From NCBI GenBank assembly GCA_049510745.1, contig JBEKYR010000021.1:1-64000 (forward strand): a stretch of 64,000 bases of DNA. Reading direction: 5' to 3'. A program made the position numbers and the translations under genes. The DNA is from Verrucomicrobiota bacterium (GTDB lineage: Bacteria > Verrucomicrobiota > Verrucomicrobiia > Limisphaerales > Palsa-1400). Shown in pieces: positions 1 to 9,738 of this stretch. Each line of letters begins with the position of its first letter. Position 1 is the stretch's first letter. The notes beneath the pieces are model-generated. The model saw nothing but the letters and a program-made list of their open reading frames with translations, was not told where the DNA came from and did no database searches.

Positions 1-151
1 GGGAGTGGCGGTGCTGATTGATGGCCAGCACATGTGCGCCATGGCGCGCGGGGTCCGTGACACCCATTCCATCATGAAGGTGAACGTGATGCACGGAGCG
101 TTTCAAAAAGATCAGCATCTGCACAATGAGTTTTTGGCGAGACTGTCTTAA
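1..151 (+). CDS. folE: GTP cyclohydrolase I, C-terminal part (5' end outside window)
   Basis: My translation from base 2 gives GVAVLIDGQHMCAMARGVRDTHSIMKVNVMHGAFQKD...EFLARLS*, matching the FolE HxCxxxRGV C-terminus; TAA at 149-151. Confidence 0.85.
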   Translation, partial: GVAVLIDGQHMCAMARGVRDTHSIMKVNVMHGAFQKDQHLHNEFLARLS

Positions 152-1983
152 TATCGCGAATTGGTCTTTCCAGAGAACGAACCTCGCTGGCGGATGCTCT
201 CCTCTTCGTGGAATTTCATCCGCGCCGAAAGAATTGCCGCGCGTCCAAGATAACCCACCACGCAGCCCGGGTTGTTGCGATCCACCACTGGCAACCTGCC
301 CACGTCGCGCTCCAGCATTTTTGTGAGCGCCGCGTATAACGGTTCGTCGGGATACGCGACGACCAGATCAATGCTGCCAGCTTCGGCCACGGTCATCTCC
401 GAATTCTGCTTTTGCCGGAGCGCCCGGACAATGTCCCCTCGCGTGATGATGCCAACGAGCCGATCCTGATCGTCCACAATCAAAGTTCCCTGTCGCCGAC
501 TTAAGTTGGAATCGCCGAGAGCGATCCGATCAGAAAGCTCTGAAAGTTTCATGGTCGCCGGGACGCTGGGCACTTCCTTGTCCATCACATCGCGCACGCG
601 GGCAAGTTCGAAAGGGTCAATGCTGTATTCGCGCGTGATGTGGTGACCGCGCCGGGCCAGCTTTTCGGTGAGGATGGAACGGCGCATGATCAGCACGGTG
701 ACACCAAGTGCTGCGACTGAACCGATCAACAGGGCGGGAAAAAGGTTGAAGTCCCGCGTCAATTCCACGGCGAAAACCATCGCAGTCAAAGGCGACCTCA
801 TCGTGCCACCCATCATCGCCGCCATGCCGATCAACGCCCACAGACCCGGGTCGCCCACGGGAATCCACGAACCGGCAAAAGCTCCGAGTGCTCCGCCCAT
901 AATGAGCAAAGGCGCCAGCACGCCTCCGGAAGTGCCGGAGCCCAACGCGATCGACCACACCAGCGCTTTGGCCACCAGCAACCCAATGACCACCGCCCCG
1001 ACTAGTTCACCGCGCAGCAAACTGTGGATGGTATCGTAACCGACGCCGAGCACGCGCGGTTCAATGAAGCCGCCCACGCCGACAAAGACTGCGCCAATGG
1101 CCGGCCACCACATCCAGTGAAACGGCAGCTTTTGAAAAATATCTTCGCAGGCGTACACGAGCATGGTCAACAGCCCGGACCCGAAGCCCGCCGCCACACC
1201 AAGGCCGGCGGCAATCGCCAATTCCGTGCCGGAAAGCGGTGCATGCGCCACCACTGGGAAAATCGGTCCGACGCCGAGCAACGGCACGCGCAGCACGGAG
1301 GCGACAATCGAAGCCACTGCCACGGGAATGAAACTGCGCGGTTTCCATTCGAATAACAATAGTTCCACCGCCAGCAAGACCGCCGCCACGGGCGTGGCGA
1401 AGACCGCAGACATGCCCGCCGCCGCACCGGCCACGAGCAGCGTTTTGCGCTCTGCCGCGCTCAGATGAAATTGTTGCGCGAAGATTGAGCCGAACGCGCC
1501 ACCCGTCATAATGATCGGACCTTCCGCGCCGAAGGGTCCGCCCGTGCCGATGGAAATGGCCGCCGAAAGCGGTTTGAGCAGAGCGACCTTAAGCTGAATG
1601 CGGCTGCGACCGAGCAGAATGGCTTCCAGGGCTTCAGGAATGCCGTGCCCGCGGATTTTCTCTGAACCAAACCGCGCCATCAGTCCGATGAGGAGCGCTC
1701 CCGCCACCGGCACGAGAACCACCCATAATCCCAGATGATTTCCTTGCGGCACGGCCGGGGCGGCGGACCATCGCTGATAAAAGGCCAGGTTTGTGATCGC
1801 GGCAATCAGCCAAAGCAAAGCGTAGGCGACAAGAGCACCGATGGCGCCAATCACCAGGGCCATGGCAGACAACAGCAGCACACGGCGGTCGGTGCTGAAA
1901 TCCGCCAGTTCATCTTCCATGACCGCGTCAGACACGGCCGTTTTGCCCGTTAAGACCGATGGGATTACTGATTCAGTTTGCAT
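148..1983 (-). CDS. ClC-family chloride channel/transporter with C-terminal CBS pair
   Basis: GHGIPE, GAEGP and GGVLAP motifs, many TM helices, CBS motifs GIITRGD and VGRLPVVD. Confidence 0.93.
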   Translation of the reverse strand: MQTESVIPSVLTGKTAVSDAVMEDELADFSTDRRVLLLSAMALVIGAIGALVAYALLWLIAAITNLAFYQRWSAAPAVPQGNHLGLWVVLVPVAGALLIGLMARFGSEKIRGHGIPEALEAILLGRSRIQLKVALLKPLSAAISIGTGGPFGAEGPIIMTGGAFGSIFAQQFHLSAAERKTLLVAGAAAGMSAVFATPVAAVLLAVELLLFEWKPRSFIPVAVASIVASVLRVPLLGVGPIFPVVAHAPLSGTELAIAAGLGVAAGFGSGLLTMLVYACEDIFQKLPFHWMWWPAIGAVFVGVGGFIEPRVLGVGYDTIHSLLRGELVGAVVIGLLVAKALVWSIALGSGTSGGVLAPLLIMGGALGAFAGSWIPVGDPGLWALIGMAAMMGGTMRSPLTAMVFAVELTRDFNLFPALLIGSVAALGVTVLIMRRSILTEKLARRGHHITREYSIDPFELARVRDVMDKEVPSVPATMKLSELSDRIALGDSNLSRRQGTLIVDDQDRLVGIITRGDIVRALRQKQNSEMTVAEAGSIDLVVAYPDEPLYAALTKMLERDVGRLPVVDRNNPGCVVGYLGRAAILSARMKFHEEESIRQRGSFSGKTNSRY

Positions 1984-1994
1984 TAAGCAACCGC

Positions 1995-2023
1995 ATAGTA
2001 TATCGTATTAAGATATATGTCAA
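1995..2023 (-). promoter_or_regulatory. sigma70-like promoter of the ClC gene containing a palindromic operator (probable MarR site)
   Basis: Minus strand TTGACA (2023-2018), 17 bp, TACTAT (2000-1995); palindrome TATATC-N7-GATATA at 1999-2017; divergent MarR gene adjacent. Confidence 0.65.
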
Positions 2024-2066
2024 ACAAGGGTTGGTTTCGGATGCGTAACTGTTAGACTGACGACCG

Positions 2067-2492
2067 ATGGAAAGACCCAGGCGAATCGACAAATCGCAGT
2101 ATGAAACGCTGGCCGCGTTTCGCTACGCGCTCCGGCGGTTCCTCCGTTTTAGCGAAGGAGCCGCCGAGGCGGCTGGCATTACGGCACAACAGCATCAGGC
2201 CTTGCTGGCCATTAAGGGCTTTCCCGCGCGCGACAAGATCACCGTGGGCGAGTTGGCCGAACGATTGCAACTTCGCCACCACAGCGCGGTTGGATTGATT
2301 GATCGGTTGGTGGCGGAGAAATTGGTCGTTCGTGAACCGTCCGCCGAGGATCGCCGCCAAGTTCTCGTTCAACTCACCAGTCGCGGCGAAGCTGTCCTCG
2401 AGAAACTTGCTTCCGTCCACCGCGAACAACTGAAACGAATCGGACCTGAAATCAGCCAATTGCTTGGGCGACTTGGCCGCACGGAAGAATAA
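2067..2492 (+). CDS. MarR-family transcriptional regulator
   Basis: wHTH TVGELAERLQLRHHSAVGLIDRL and wing EDRRQVLVQLT. Confidence 0.92.
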   Translation: MERPRRIDKSQYETLAAFRYALRRFLRFSEGAAEAAGITAQQHQALLAIKGFPARDKITVGELAERLQLRHHSAVGLIDRLVAEKLVVREPSAEDRRQVLVQLTSRGEAVLEKLASVHREQLKRIGPEISQLLGRLGRTEE

Positions 2493-2511
2493 TTGCCGGG
2501 CGTCTGATAGG

Positions 2512-3231
2512 CTATTCCCCGAGATTCCGCCGCAAGAGAGCATTCAACTTGGCCGGTGACAGGACCATGATGGTCTTGCCTTTGACGGTCAGAAGCTTCT
2601 GTTCCCGGAATTTTGCCAGAGTCCGCGATAAGGTTTCACTCACTGTGCTCAATTCCGCCGCCAGCACACGTTTGGCCATGGCCAGCTCAATCCGGACGGG
2701 CTGTTCGCTTTGGAGATTTGGGCATTTTTTCAGGAGCCAGTTCGCCAGTCGAGTTTCCACATCTTTGAGAGTCAGGTCTTCGAGTTGGCCGACCAGCACC
2801 CGCAAGTGGCTGCTCATCGAACCCAGCATGCGCAGCGCGAGTTCGGGTTGGCGCCGAAGCAACGCCAAAATGCCATCCTTCTGCACAAGCAACACCTGGG
2901 TCGATTCCAGCGCACGGGCATCAGCGGGGTAGCCCTTGTCCGACGCCAGCGCCACTTCGGCAAAGGAGTCACCCATGCGAAAGACGTGGATGATCTGCTC
3001 CTTGCCCGCTGCATTGACCCGGTGGACGTTGACGGAACCGCGCTGCACAATATAAAAGCCGACGGCCGGGGATCCTTCATGAAATAGGTAATCCCCTTTG
3101 GCCAGTGATTTTACCACGGTGACATCCGCAATGTGTTCGAGGTCTTGCGAAGGCAAGCCAGTAAATAGCCGGCCGCTTCGCAGCGCGGCTGTGAGGCCGA
3201 TCCTTTTCAGTTCTCCTAGAATAGGCGGCAT
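2512..3231 (-). CDS. Crp/Fnr-family transcriptional regulator (Dnr/NnrR/HcpR-like; no N-terminal Fe-S cysteine cluster)
   Basis: cNMP-binding-like domain (LFHEG...GDSFAE...YPADA) and HTH recognition helix SETLSR. Confidence 0.92.
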   Translation of the reverse strand: MPPILGELKRIGLTAALRSGRLFTGLPSQDLEHIADVTVVKSLAKGDYLFHEGSPAVGFYIVQRGSVNVHRVNAAGKEQIIHVFRMGDSFAEVALASDKGYPADARALESTQVLLVQKDGILALLRRQPELALRMLGSMSSHLRVLVGQLEDLTLKDVETRLANWLLKKCPNLQSEQPVRIELAMAKRVLAAELSTVSETLSRTLAKFREQKLLTVKGKTIMVLSPAKLNALLRRNLGE

Positions 3232-3243
3232 GGCGGGGATGAT

Positions 3244-3489
3244 TCAACCATCTTCACGCCAGAAGTAAACCATCCAGTCCGCGCCTGAACCGCGTTCCAC
3301 TTTGGAGGCGAAGCCCTCGGATCCAAGTTTCTCAATCAACGGCGAAGGCAGAAATGGCGCCACAATGATCAAGCCTTCCGCCGGCTTGAGCCGGCCCACG
3401 CGCTGGAGGATTTCGGGAAACGGTTCGACGCCCCGGCGAATGAGATTGCGGACATCAAACCGTTTAAACTGGCTGATCGGCGGCATCAT
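3244..3489 (-). CDS. DUF2249-like small protein
   Basis: FDVR...GVEPF...IVAPFLPSPL...GF pattern, similar to the N-terminal domain of 6100-6618. Confidence 0.75.
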   Translation of the reverse strand: MMPPISQFKRFDVRNLIRRGVEPFPEILQRVGRLKPAEGLIIVAPFLPSPLIEKLGSEGFASKVERGSGADWMVYFWREDG

Positions 3490-3559
3490 GGCGTTGGTTG
3501 CGTTCGACTCATTTGAGAATGAGCGCGGCTGAATTTCAATTCCGAACTGGTTCCCAATT

Positions 3560-4003
3560 TCATTTTGCTTTCTTCATGGCGACAAAGACCGCTGCCCGTT
3601 GTTCGTCGTTCAGGATTTGGTCCATGGCGGGATACAGCGAATCCTCTTCCTTTTGGTTGTGGAGGCGAAGGACCGTTTCCAGGCGGGCCTCTTCGTCGCC
3701 GGTCGCAATGTTTCCCTGGGCGAGCATTCTGGAAATTTCATCCAAGTAAACCAGAATTTGCGCGTGCTCCCTGCGCAGAACCGCGGTCAGGCAGTTTCTG
3801 AGGTGGCCCAATTGCTGATCATACCATCGGAAGAGAATCCTTTCCTCCCACAGAATGTGCCGTTCCAAATCGGATTTGAATGCCTGAAACACCTCCGCGG
3901 CCTCGCCCGGCTTGCCGGCTTTCAAGCTTTGGAAGCGGTGCAAGGCCGCGTGGAGCTGCTCGTGGTCCTCTGTATAGTATTGATTGACAGTAGGGTCCGG
4001 CAT
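3560..4003 (-). CDS. hemerythrin-domain protein
   Basis: Start placed at MPDPT; motifs DHEQLH, HILWEE, EH and HNQKEE. Confidence 0.85.
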   Translation of the reverse strand: MPDPTVNQYYTEDHEQLHAALHRFQSLKAGKPGEAAEVFQAFKSDLERHILWEERILFRWYDQQLGHLRNCLTAVLRREHAQILVYLDEISRMLAQGNIATGDEEARLETVLRLHNQKEEDSLYPAMDQILNDEQRAAVFVAMKKAK

Positions 4004-4029
4004 GGAAACCTCCTTTGCGGCAACGATGC

Positions 4030-4344
4030 TCAGTGGCGGCAACCGCAGGCCGATTCCGTTTCGGCAACAGGTGCCTCCAAGGCTTTGAGTTTGGTGATCT
4101 TGACACGAAATTCGTCCGGACCTTTGACCCGGTGGTCCCAGGTGAAGGCCCCCGGCCATTGGGCGGAGAATTGGTAGTAGAGCGGGACGGGATCATGGTC
4201 ATTTAGCAGGATAAAATGGTCCCCGATTGGAAGGTCGAGCCATGTTTGGATGATGAGTCCGTGTTTGACGGAGCACGGAATGGGACGCACGTCCATAATT
4301 CGATCCGGTCCGATTAGATTTTCGCTTTGCATTGTTTTGTTCAT
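4030..4344 (-). CDS. DUF2249-like protein with C-terminal CGCRH tail
   Basis: DVRPIP...KHGLI...LLNDHDPVPLYYQF motif. Confidence 0.8.
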   Translation of the reverse strand: MNKTMQSENLIGPDRIMDVRPIPCSVKHGLIIQTWLDLPIGDHFILLNDHDPVPLYYQFSAQWPGAFTWDHRVKGPDEFRVKITKLKALEAPVAETESACGCRH

Positions 4345-4368
4345 ATATGTGATGGATTTTTGTTGATG

Positions 4369-4686
4369 TTAAAAATTTCCGGCGCCGGTGGCCTCCCGTC
4401 CAAATGCGGTCATCATCGAAGGATGCCACGGTGGGTCCCAGACCACTTCGACTTCGGCTGCCGCCACGCCTGCGAGGTTGAGCAGCGCCTGTTGCGCGCC
4501 CCAACGGATGCTTTCATGCATCGGGCAGCCGGGGGTTGTGAGCGTCATCACCACAATCACTTTTTGGCCGGTGATGGAGACGCTGTAAATCAAACCCAGG
4601 TCCACGATGTTACAGCCCAGTTCCGGGTCAATAACCTGGCGCAAGGTTTCAAGGATGACCTCTTCGGTGATTTCGTTGGTCGTCAT
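4369..4686 (-). CDS. metal-sulfur cluster assembly factor (DUF59/SufT-like)
   Basis: VIDPELGCNIVDLGLIY...MTLTTPGCP...WDPPW; start MTTNE overlaps the upstream stop. Confidence 0.9.
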   Translation of the reverse strand: MTTNEITEEVILETLRQVIDPELGCNIVDLGLIYSVSITGQKVIVVMTLTTPGCPMHESIRWGAQQALLNLAGVAAAEVEVVWDPPWHPSMMTAFGREATGAGNF

Positions 4687-6131
4687 GCTGTTTTGGGCAA
4701 GGTTGAAGTTGGCAGTGGGAACGGACTTGGTTTGAAGTAATGGGAGAGCATTTTGCCGACGTTCAGGGAGAGAGTCCCCACGCTCAGGGCCAGGAAACCG
4801 CAACCGATGCGGATGCCTGCTTCGTTGGACAGGACGATGGCTACGCCGGTTACGGCAAGTCCGCCCAGCCAGGCCCAATAACCCAGCGCTTGCAGCCGGG
4901 CTGAATAAAGGTCCGCCAGCGCGGGAACTTTGGTGCGGCCGATTTGCCGGCTGTAACGGCCGAACCAGACGAGAAACGGGATGATTTTGTAGAGCATGCC
5001 CATGATGGCGAACGTGACCACTCCGATCAGTCCGAGGAAGCCGTAAAGATTCTCCAGTTGTCCGGTGAAGGTGTTCTGTGGCCAACCGGACCAGGACAAC
5101 ACCAACGTCAGCACGGACAGCGGCAACAGGAGCCCGATGGCCGTCAGAAAGTATTTGATGCCCCAATCCAGTGCGCGGCGTTTGCGGGCGCGCAGAATGG
5201 CCTTGAGTTCCCAGCCGTAAACCGCCAGCGCCGCAACGACCATCAGGGCAAAAACCGGTTTCAAAGGACTTTGCCGGAGAATCGTCACGAATGAACCCGC
5301 GAGCCCGACGTTGAGCAGAATAACGCTGCCAACCGCGCGCCTTCTGTTCTGCAATTCGCTCAGGGTGAACATCGGGATGAGTTTGTAAGACACCCCGACG
5401 ATCAGCATGGTGAAGAAACCCACGCCACCCAGATGCGCATGAGCATGCATCGTGCTGATACCCCCGGAAGGCCTTAGAAACGCCGTCCCCAACTTCAATC
5501 CATGAAGGAGCGCGGCGACGGTCCCGGTGGGGGAACCATCGGGGCCGGATTCGTATTCGTTGCTTGATTTCGCCGCCGCGATGGAAAGGCCAAGGATTAT
5601 TGTCAGCGAAATCCACGCGAGCGCCGCGCTCACTGCCGTGGCCGTGACGTTCCATTTCGGCACGCGCCACAGGGTTCGCGCGATGTTATAGACAAAGAGG
5701 ACGACGCCCACCGCCAGCACGGAGCCGAAATGCCCCACTTGTTCCATATTCCACACCCGGAACATCCAGACCATTCCAATGAAGCCCACAACGTGAAAAG
5801 CGAATTGCCAGCGCGCGAGTTTTTCGCTGTAGAGCTTGGTTTCGAGAGCGACCGGCACCAGTTGATACATCGCCCCCATGACGACCGAGCAAATCCAGCC
5901 CAGCACAAACAGGTGGGTCGCAGCGATGACATTTTGGTTGTAGTGGTAGGTGGCAAGGATGCTGGGTTGGACCACGAGCCAGGCAATGCCCGCGCATAGC
6001 GCGAGCAGACCGGTCACGGTGAACATCAGCGGTAAAATCACTGAGGGCGCGTTTGTCCCCAAGAGCGGTGCTGCGGCAGCCGGACGAGACGTGGGCGGAT
6101 TAACGGCTGATATGGGTAAGGAAACTTCCAT
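4683..6131 (-). CDS. polytopic His-containing membrane protein (heme-copper oxidase subunit I-like superfamily, function unknown)
   Basis: About 12 hydrophobic segments; repeated units THLFVLGW..GAMYQLVP, HAHLGGVGF..GVSYKLIP and GMLYKIIP; start placed at MEVSL. Confidence 0.65.
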   Translation of the reverse strand: MEVSLPISAVNPPTSRPAAAAPLLGTNAPSVILPLMFTVTGLLALCAGIAWLVVQPSILATYHYNQNVIAATHLFVLGWICSVVMGAMYQLVPVALETKLYSEKLARWQFAFHVVGFIGMVWMFRVWNMEQVGHFGSVLAVGVVLFVYNIARTLWRVPKWNVTATAVSAALAWISLTIILGLSIAAAKSSNEYESGPDGSPTGTVAALLHGLKLGTAFLRPSGGISTMHAHAHLGGVGFFTMLIVGVSYKLIPMFTLSELQNRRRAVGSVILLNVGLAGSFVTILRQSPLKPVFALMVVAALAVYGWELKAILRARKRRALDWGIKYFLTAIGLLLPLSVLTLVLSWSGWPQNTFTGQLENLYGFLGLIGVVTFAIMGMLYKIIPFLVWFGRYSRQIGRTKVPALADLYSARLQALGYWAWLGGLAVTGVAIVLSNEAGIRIGCGFLALSVGTLSLNVGKMLSHYFKPSPFPLPTSTLPKTA

Positions 6132-6618
6132 CGGGCTGCTGTTCGGTTGCTGCGGTGAAGCCGCGTTCTTCAAGCTGTGGGTAGAGATGCATTGGGCGGC
6201 GGTCCGTGAGGGCGCGGAGCCCCCCGCCCGCCGGAAGGGCCACCAGGGCTTCCAGAATTTTGACCATCGGCTGGGGTGGCTCGAGACCCCGGGCGTCCAC
6301 CTCCACGATTTCCGCGGGAGCGGGCGCAATTCCGTCGCGCGCGCGAACAGGAGAGGACGCCAGCGCGGCTTCCGCCGGTGTTGCGCCCGACGGACGCGTG
6401 AACAGGATTTCCCAATCGCCAGACCCGGTGGCCTGCCCATTGTGGACGAAGCCCTGCTTTTCCATGACCCGAAACAACGGCACCGGTTCAAAAGGAGCGA
6501 TTACCAGCAACCGCTCATCTGCCTGCATCGCGGCGGCGGCATTCATGATTTTTGAAAACGGTTCGCGTCCACTGCGAATGTCATCTCGCACGTCCAAGGT
6601 TACGGTCTTGTTGTTCAT
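6100..6618 (-). CDS. protein with two DUF2249-like domains
   Basis: LDVRDDIRSGREPF..IAPFEPVPL and VDARGLEPPQPM..DRRPMHLYPQL; start placed at MNNKT. Confidence 0.8.
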   Translation of the reverse strand: MNNKTVTLDVRDDIRSGREPFSKIMNAAAAMQADERLLVIAPFEPVPLFRVMEKQGFVHNGQATGSGDWEILFTRPSGATPAEAALASSPVRARDGIAPAPAEIVEVDARGLEPPQPMVKILEALVALPAGGGLRALTDRRPMHLYPQLEERGFTAATEQQPDGSFLTHISR

Positions 6619-6632
6619 GGCGAAAAAGCAGT

Positions 6633-7025
6633 TCAGGCTTGGGCAGCCAACGCGGTTTGAGTTTTCAGCGCGGGATCTGGAATCCGGGCGGGCTTGGACA
6701 AGGTTAGGAGCATGGAGAATTGCTCTGTCGCCTTCACCGCATGAGGGAGATTTGGCGGCATATACAATAGATCGCCGGTTTTCAGGGTTCGAGGCACGCC
6801 CGACAGGGAGAATTCGCATGAGCCGGATAAAATCTGAATCAGCGCATATTGGGTGGAAGTATGTTCGGTCAGTTCCTGTCCCTCCGCGAAACCGAACAGC
6901 ACCGTGCGCGAATTGGCGGTGCGCAGCAGGGTGCGGCTGACAATGCCGTTGGGCGCGTATTGGGTTTCAGCGGGCAGCGAAAGGATTTTCTCGCACCCGG
7001 AATCAATGAGCGGTTGTTCATTCAT
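6633..7025 (-). CDS. cupin-domain protein
   Basis: FAEGQELTEHT and GDLLYMPPNLPHAV cupin motifs. Confidence 0.88.
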   Translation of the reverse strand: MNEQPLIDSGCEKILSLPAETQYAPNGIVSRTLLRTANSRTVLFGFAEGQELTEHTSTQYALIQILSGSCEFSLSGVPRTLKTGDLLYMPPNLPHAVKATEQFSMLLTLSKPARIPDPALKTQTALAAQA

Positions 7026-7059
7026 GCGCCCAACCTAACCCACCGCGGCAGTTCATGCC

Positions 7060-7073
7060 TTGACTTGCGTCAA
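7060..7073. promoter_or_regulatory. Fnr/Dnr-type box upstream of the cupin-DUF2249 operon
   Basis: TTGACTTGCGTCAA, palindromic arms. Confidence 0.75.
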
Positions 7074-7324
7074 GTAATCCTCATTTCCCCAATCTCGCCT
7101 TGACCGGCCTGAGACGCAGCCGCGAAGAAGGATCCCTCGGACAACAGGAACAACCAATTTTTGTCCAATGAATGACAAAATCGGTGTAGTCGCATCCTTC
7201 GGCTTGCCTGATGGTTATCCAATGAATCGCAATACGATACAAATAACAAGTTCGCAGGACCGCGCGTATGAGACGGATTCTGCGGCTTTGGCAAAGGAAG
7301 CCGGCAAAAAAAAACACCAATTCC

Positions 7325-7338
7325 TTGACTTGGCTCAA
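7325..7338. promoter_or_regulatory. Fnr/Dnr-type box upstream of nirK
   Basis: TTGACTTGGCTCAA about 35 bp before the nirK start. Confidence 0.7.
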
Positions 7339-7373
7339 AGAACTCCAGCCGGCCTTGCCGTAAGGTTTCCCTT

Positions 7374-8915
7374 GTGAAGACCATGATTATTCGATCTATC
7401 CCAGTCCTAGCAGGCTTGGCATTCCTTATCAGCGGCCCGTCATCTGTTTATGCGCAAAACGAAATTGTCGCGCAGACGAACCTCGCAAACCTGATTGACC
7501 CGGAAGTCAGCGGAGTGGAGACCGCCGTCCTTGCGCAAGCGCCCAATGTTCCTTCGCCCATCAAGCGTAAATTTGCCACGAAAGTCATCGTCAATCTGGA
7601 GGTCAGAGAGGTCACCAAGCGGCTTGCCGATGGCGTCGATTATGTCTTCTGGACGTTTGGTGGCGATGTGCCGGGTAGTTTCATTCGCATCCGCGAAGGC
7701 GATCAGGTGGAGTTCCACTTGAACAACCATCAGAACAATAAGATGCCGCACAGCATTGACTTGCACGCGGTCAGCGGGCCGGGCGGTGGCGCGGCTTCGT
7801 CGTTTACCGCGCCGGGGCATTCGTCGCAGTTCTCGTTCAAGGCTCTTCATTCCGGCCTTTTTGTTTATCACTGCGCGACTGCGCCGGTTGGCATGCACAT
7901 CGCCAGCGGCATGTATGGTTTGATTCTCGTCGAGCCAACGGGAGGTTTGCCGCCGGTGGATCGGGAGTATTACGCCATGCAGGGCGAGTTTTACACCACG
8001 GGCCAGTATGGCGAGGAAGGCTTGCAGGGTTTCGACATGAACAAAGCGGTGGACGAAAGACCGCCGTATGTGGTGTTCAATGGCGCGGTGGACTCGCTCG
8101 TCGGCGATCAAGCCATGACGGCGAAAGCCGGCGAAACCGTCCGGTTATTCTTCGGCAACGGCGGGCCGAATCTTACTTCCTCGTTCCACATCATCGGTGG
8201 CCAATTCGACACGCTCTACGAAGACGGCACGATGACCAACGTATTGCATAACGTTCAAACCACGGCGGTGCCCCCTGGCTCGGCGGTCGTGGTGGATTTC
8301 AGGCTCAAGGCGCCAGGCACGTATGTTCTGGTTGATCACGCGATCTTCCGCGCGTTCAACAAGGGCGCTCTCGGCATGTTGAAAGTGGACGGCCCCCAAG
8401 ACCTGCTCGTCTACTCCGGCAAGGAGGTGGATGCCACCTACATTGGCAAGGCGGCCGACGCCGGTTCGGCAGCCGAGAAGAAAGTCGTCGCGTTGACTGC
8501 TGAGGTCGCCCGGGAGATTAAGAGCAACCCAAAAATCGCCGATTTGAGCAAGCAGATTCAATTCCAGAAAGGCAAGACGGTTTATATGCAAACGTGCTTT
8601 GTCTGCCATCAACCCACCGGTCAGGGCATCCCGGAGCAGATTCCTCCACTGGCGCTTTCGGACTTTCTCGCGACCCAGGACAAAGACAACGTTATTCGCG
8701 GCGTTTTGATGGGCCGCACCGGCAAGATCACTGTCAACGGCAAAACCTACAACGGCACCATGATTCCCCTGAACTACCTTACTGACGACCAAGTTGCCAA
8801 CGTGCTGACCTACGTGCGCAATAATTGGGGCAATTCGGGCGACGCCGTGAGTGTAACGGAAGTCGCCAAGATTCGCCACGAATCCGCTCCGCCGCCGGCC
8901 AATCAATATGAATAG
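7374..8915 (+). CDS. nirK: copper-containing nitrite reductase with C-terminal cytochrome c domain
   Basis: Signal peptide; [28 protein letters not shown] and VDH Cu-ligand/catalytic motifs; C-terminal CFVCH heme motif and distal Met (GTMIP). Confidence 0.95.
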   Translation: MKTMIIRSIPVLAGLAFLISGPSSVYAQNEIVAQTNLANLIDPEVSGVETAVLAQAPNVPSPIKRKFATKVIVNLEVREVTKRLADGVDYVFWTFGGDVPGSFIRIREGDQVEFHLNNHQNNKMPHSIDLHAVSGPGGGAASSFTAPGHSSQFSFKALHSGLFVYHCATAPVGMHIASGMYGLILVEPTGGLPPVDREYYAMQGEFYTTGQYGEEGLQGFDMNKAVDERPPYVVFNGAVDSLVGDQAMTAKAGETVRLFFGNGGPNLTSSFHIIGGQFDTLYEDGTMTNVLHNVQTTAVPPGSAVVVDFRLKAPGTYVLVDHAIFRAFNKGALGMLKVDGPQDLLVYSGKEVDATYIGKAADAGSAAEKKVVALTAEVAREIKSNPKIADLSKQIQFQKGKTVYMQTCFVCHQPTGQGIPEQIPPLALSDFLATQDKDNVIRGVLMGRTGKITVNGKTYNGTMIPLNYLTDDQVANVLTYVRNNWGNSGDAVSVTEVAKIRHESAPPPANQYE

Positions 8916-9738
8916 ACGCGAAAACAGTCAAATGGCGGGTGCCGCCTTGAAAGCTTGGAATCGAAACTTGACGGCCGTGTTAATTGTCTTTCTTGGCGCG
9001 ATGGTCCAGAGCATCGGACAATCACCGCCCAGCGGGATGGCTTTGATTTCAAACGGCGTCTATCGCCCGCTGTTTCGAGCTGAATCCGATCCCAAAGAAG
9101 TTGTTGTCAAATCATTCTATTTGGACATCCTTCCCGTCGTCAATGGCGGCTTCCTTGAATTCGTTCGCGCCAATCCACGTTGGCGGCGTTCGCAGGTGAA
9201 AAGGATTTTCGCGGACGAATCGTATCTCAAGAATTGGGCAGCCGATCTCAACCCCGGCACCAATGCGCCCGCCAATGTCCCAGTGACTGAGGTTTCGTGG
9301 TTTGCCGCCAAAGCCTACGCGCAATGGAAGGGAGAACGATTGCCTAGTGTCGCTGAGTGGGAATATGCCGCGGCAGCCAGCCCGACACGCGCGGATGGCA
9401 AGGACGACACCAATTTCACACGCCAAGTGCTCGAATGGTATTCCACCCCCGCGCCGGCGCAGCTTCCCGCGGCCGGATTGGGCCATGCCAATTTCTGGGG
9501 CGTTCGCGATTTGCACGGACTGGTCTGGGAGTGGGTCGCCGATTTCAACACTGCGTTGGTCACCGGCGACGCGCGCAGCGATACCGGCCTGGATCGCCAG
9601 CTTTTTTGCGGCGCTGGCTCGCAAGGCGCCACGGACGTTCAAAATTATCCCGCCTTCATGCGCTACGGTTTTCGCAGTAGCCTCAAAGCGAACTACTCCG
9701 TCCACAACCTCGGCTTCCGTTGCGCGAAAGATTTATGA
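8908..9738 (+). CDS. formylglycine-generating-enzyme family protein (NirV-like)
   Basis: [32 protein letters not shown] and NLGFRCA motifs; overlaps the nirK stop. Confidence 0.88.
   Translation: MNRRENSQMAGAALKAWNRNLTAVLIVFLGAMVQSIGQSPPSGMALISNGVYRPLFRAESDPKEVVVKSFYLDILPVVNGGFLEFVRANPRWRRSQVKRIFADESYLKNWAADLNPGTNAPANVPVTEVSWFAAKAYAQWKGERLPSVAEWEYAAAASPTRADGKDDTNFTRQVLEWYSTPAPAQLPAAGLGHANFWGVRDLHGLVWEWVADFNTALVTGDARSDTGLDRQLFCGAGSQGATDVQNYPAFMRYGFRSSLKANYSVHNLGFRCAKDL

Noticed and set aside
148..1983. Fluoride-specific CLC-F exporter or fluoride riboswitch
   Set aside because: CLC-F signature motifs are absent and the predicted leader is too short for a riboswitch
4687..5670. 433-aa ORF 4369-5670 as one protein
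   Set aside because: Only the last 105 aa are DUF59-like; the rest is an alternate frame of the membrane-protein gene
4683..6131. Calling this gene norB or ccoN
   Set aside because: The canonical heme-copper oxidase ligand pattern (HP.VY/E and adjacent HH) is not visible
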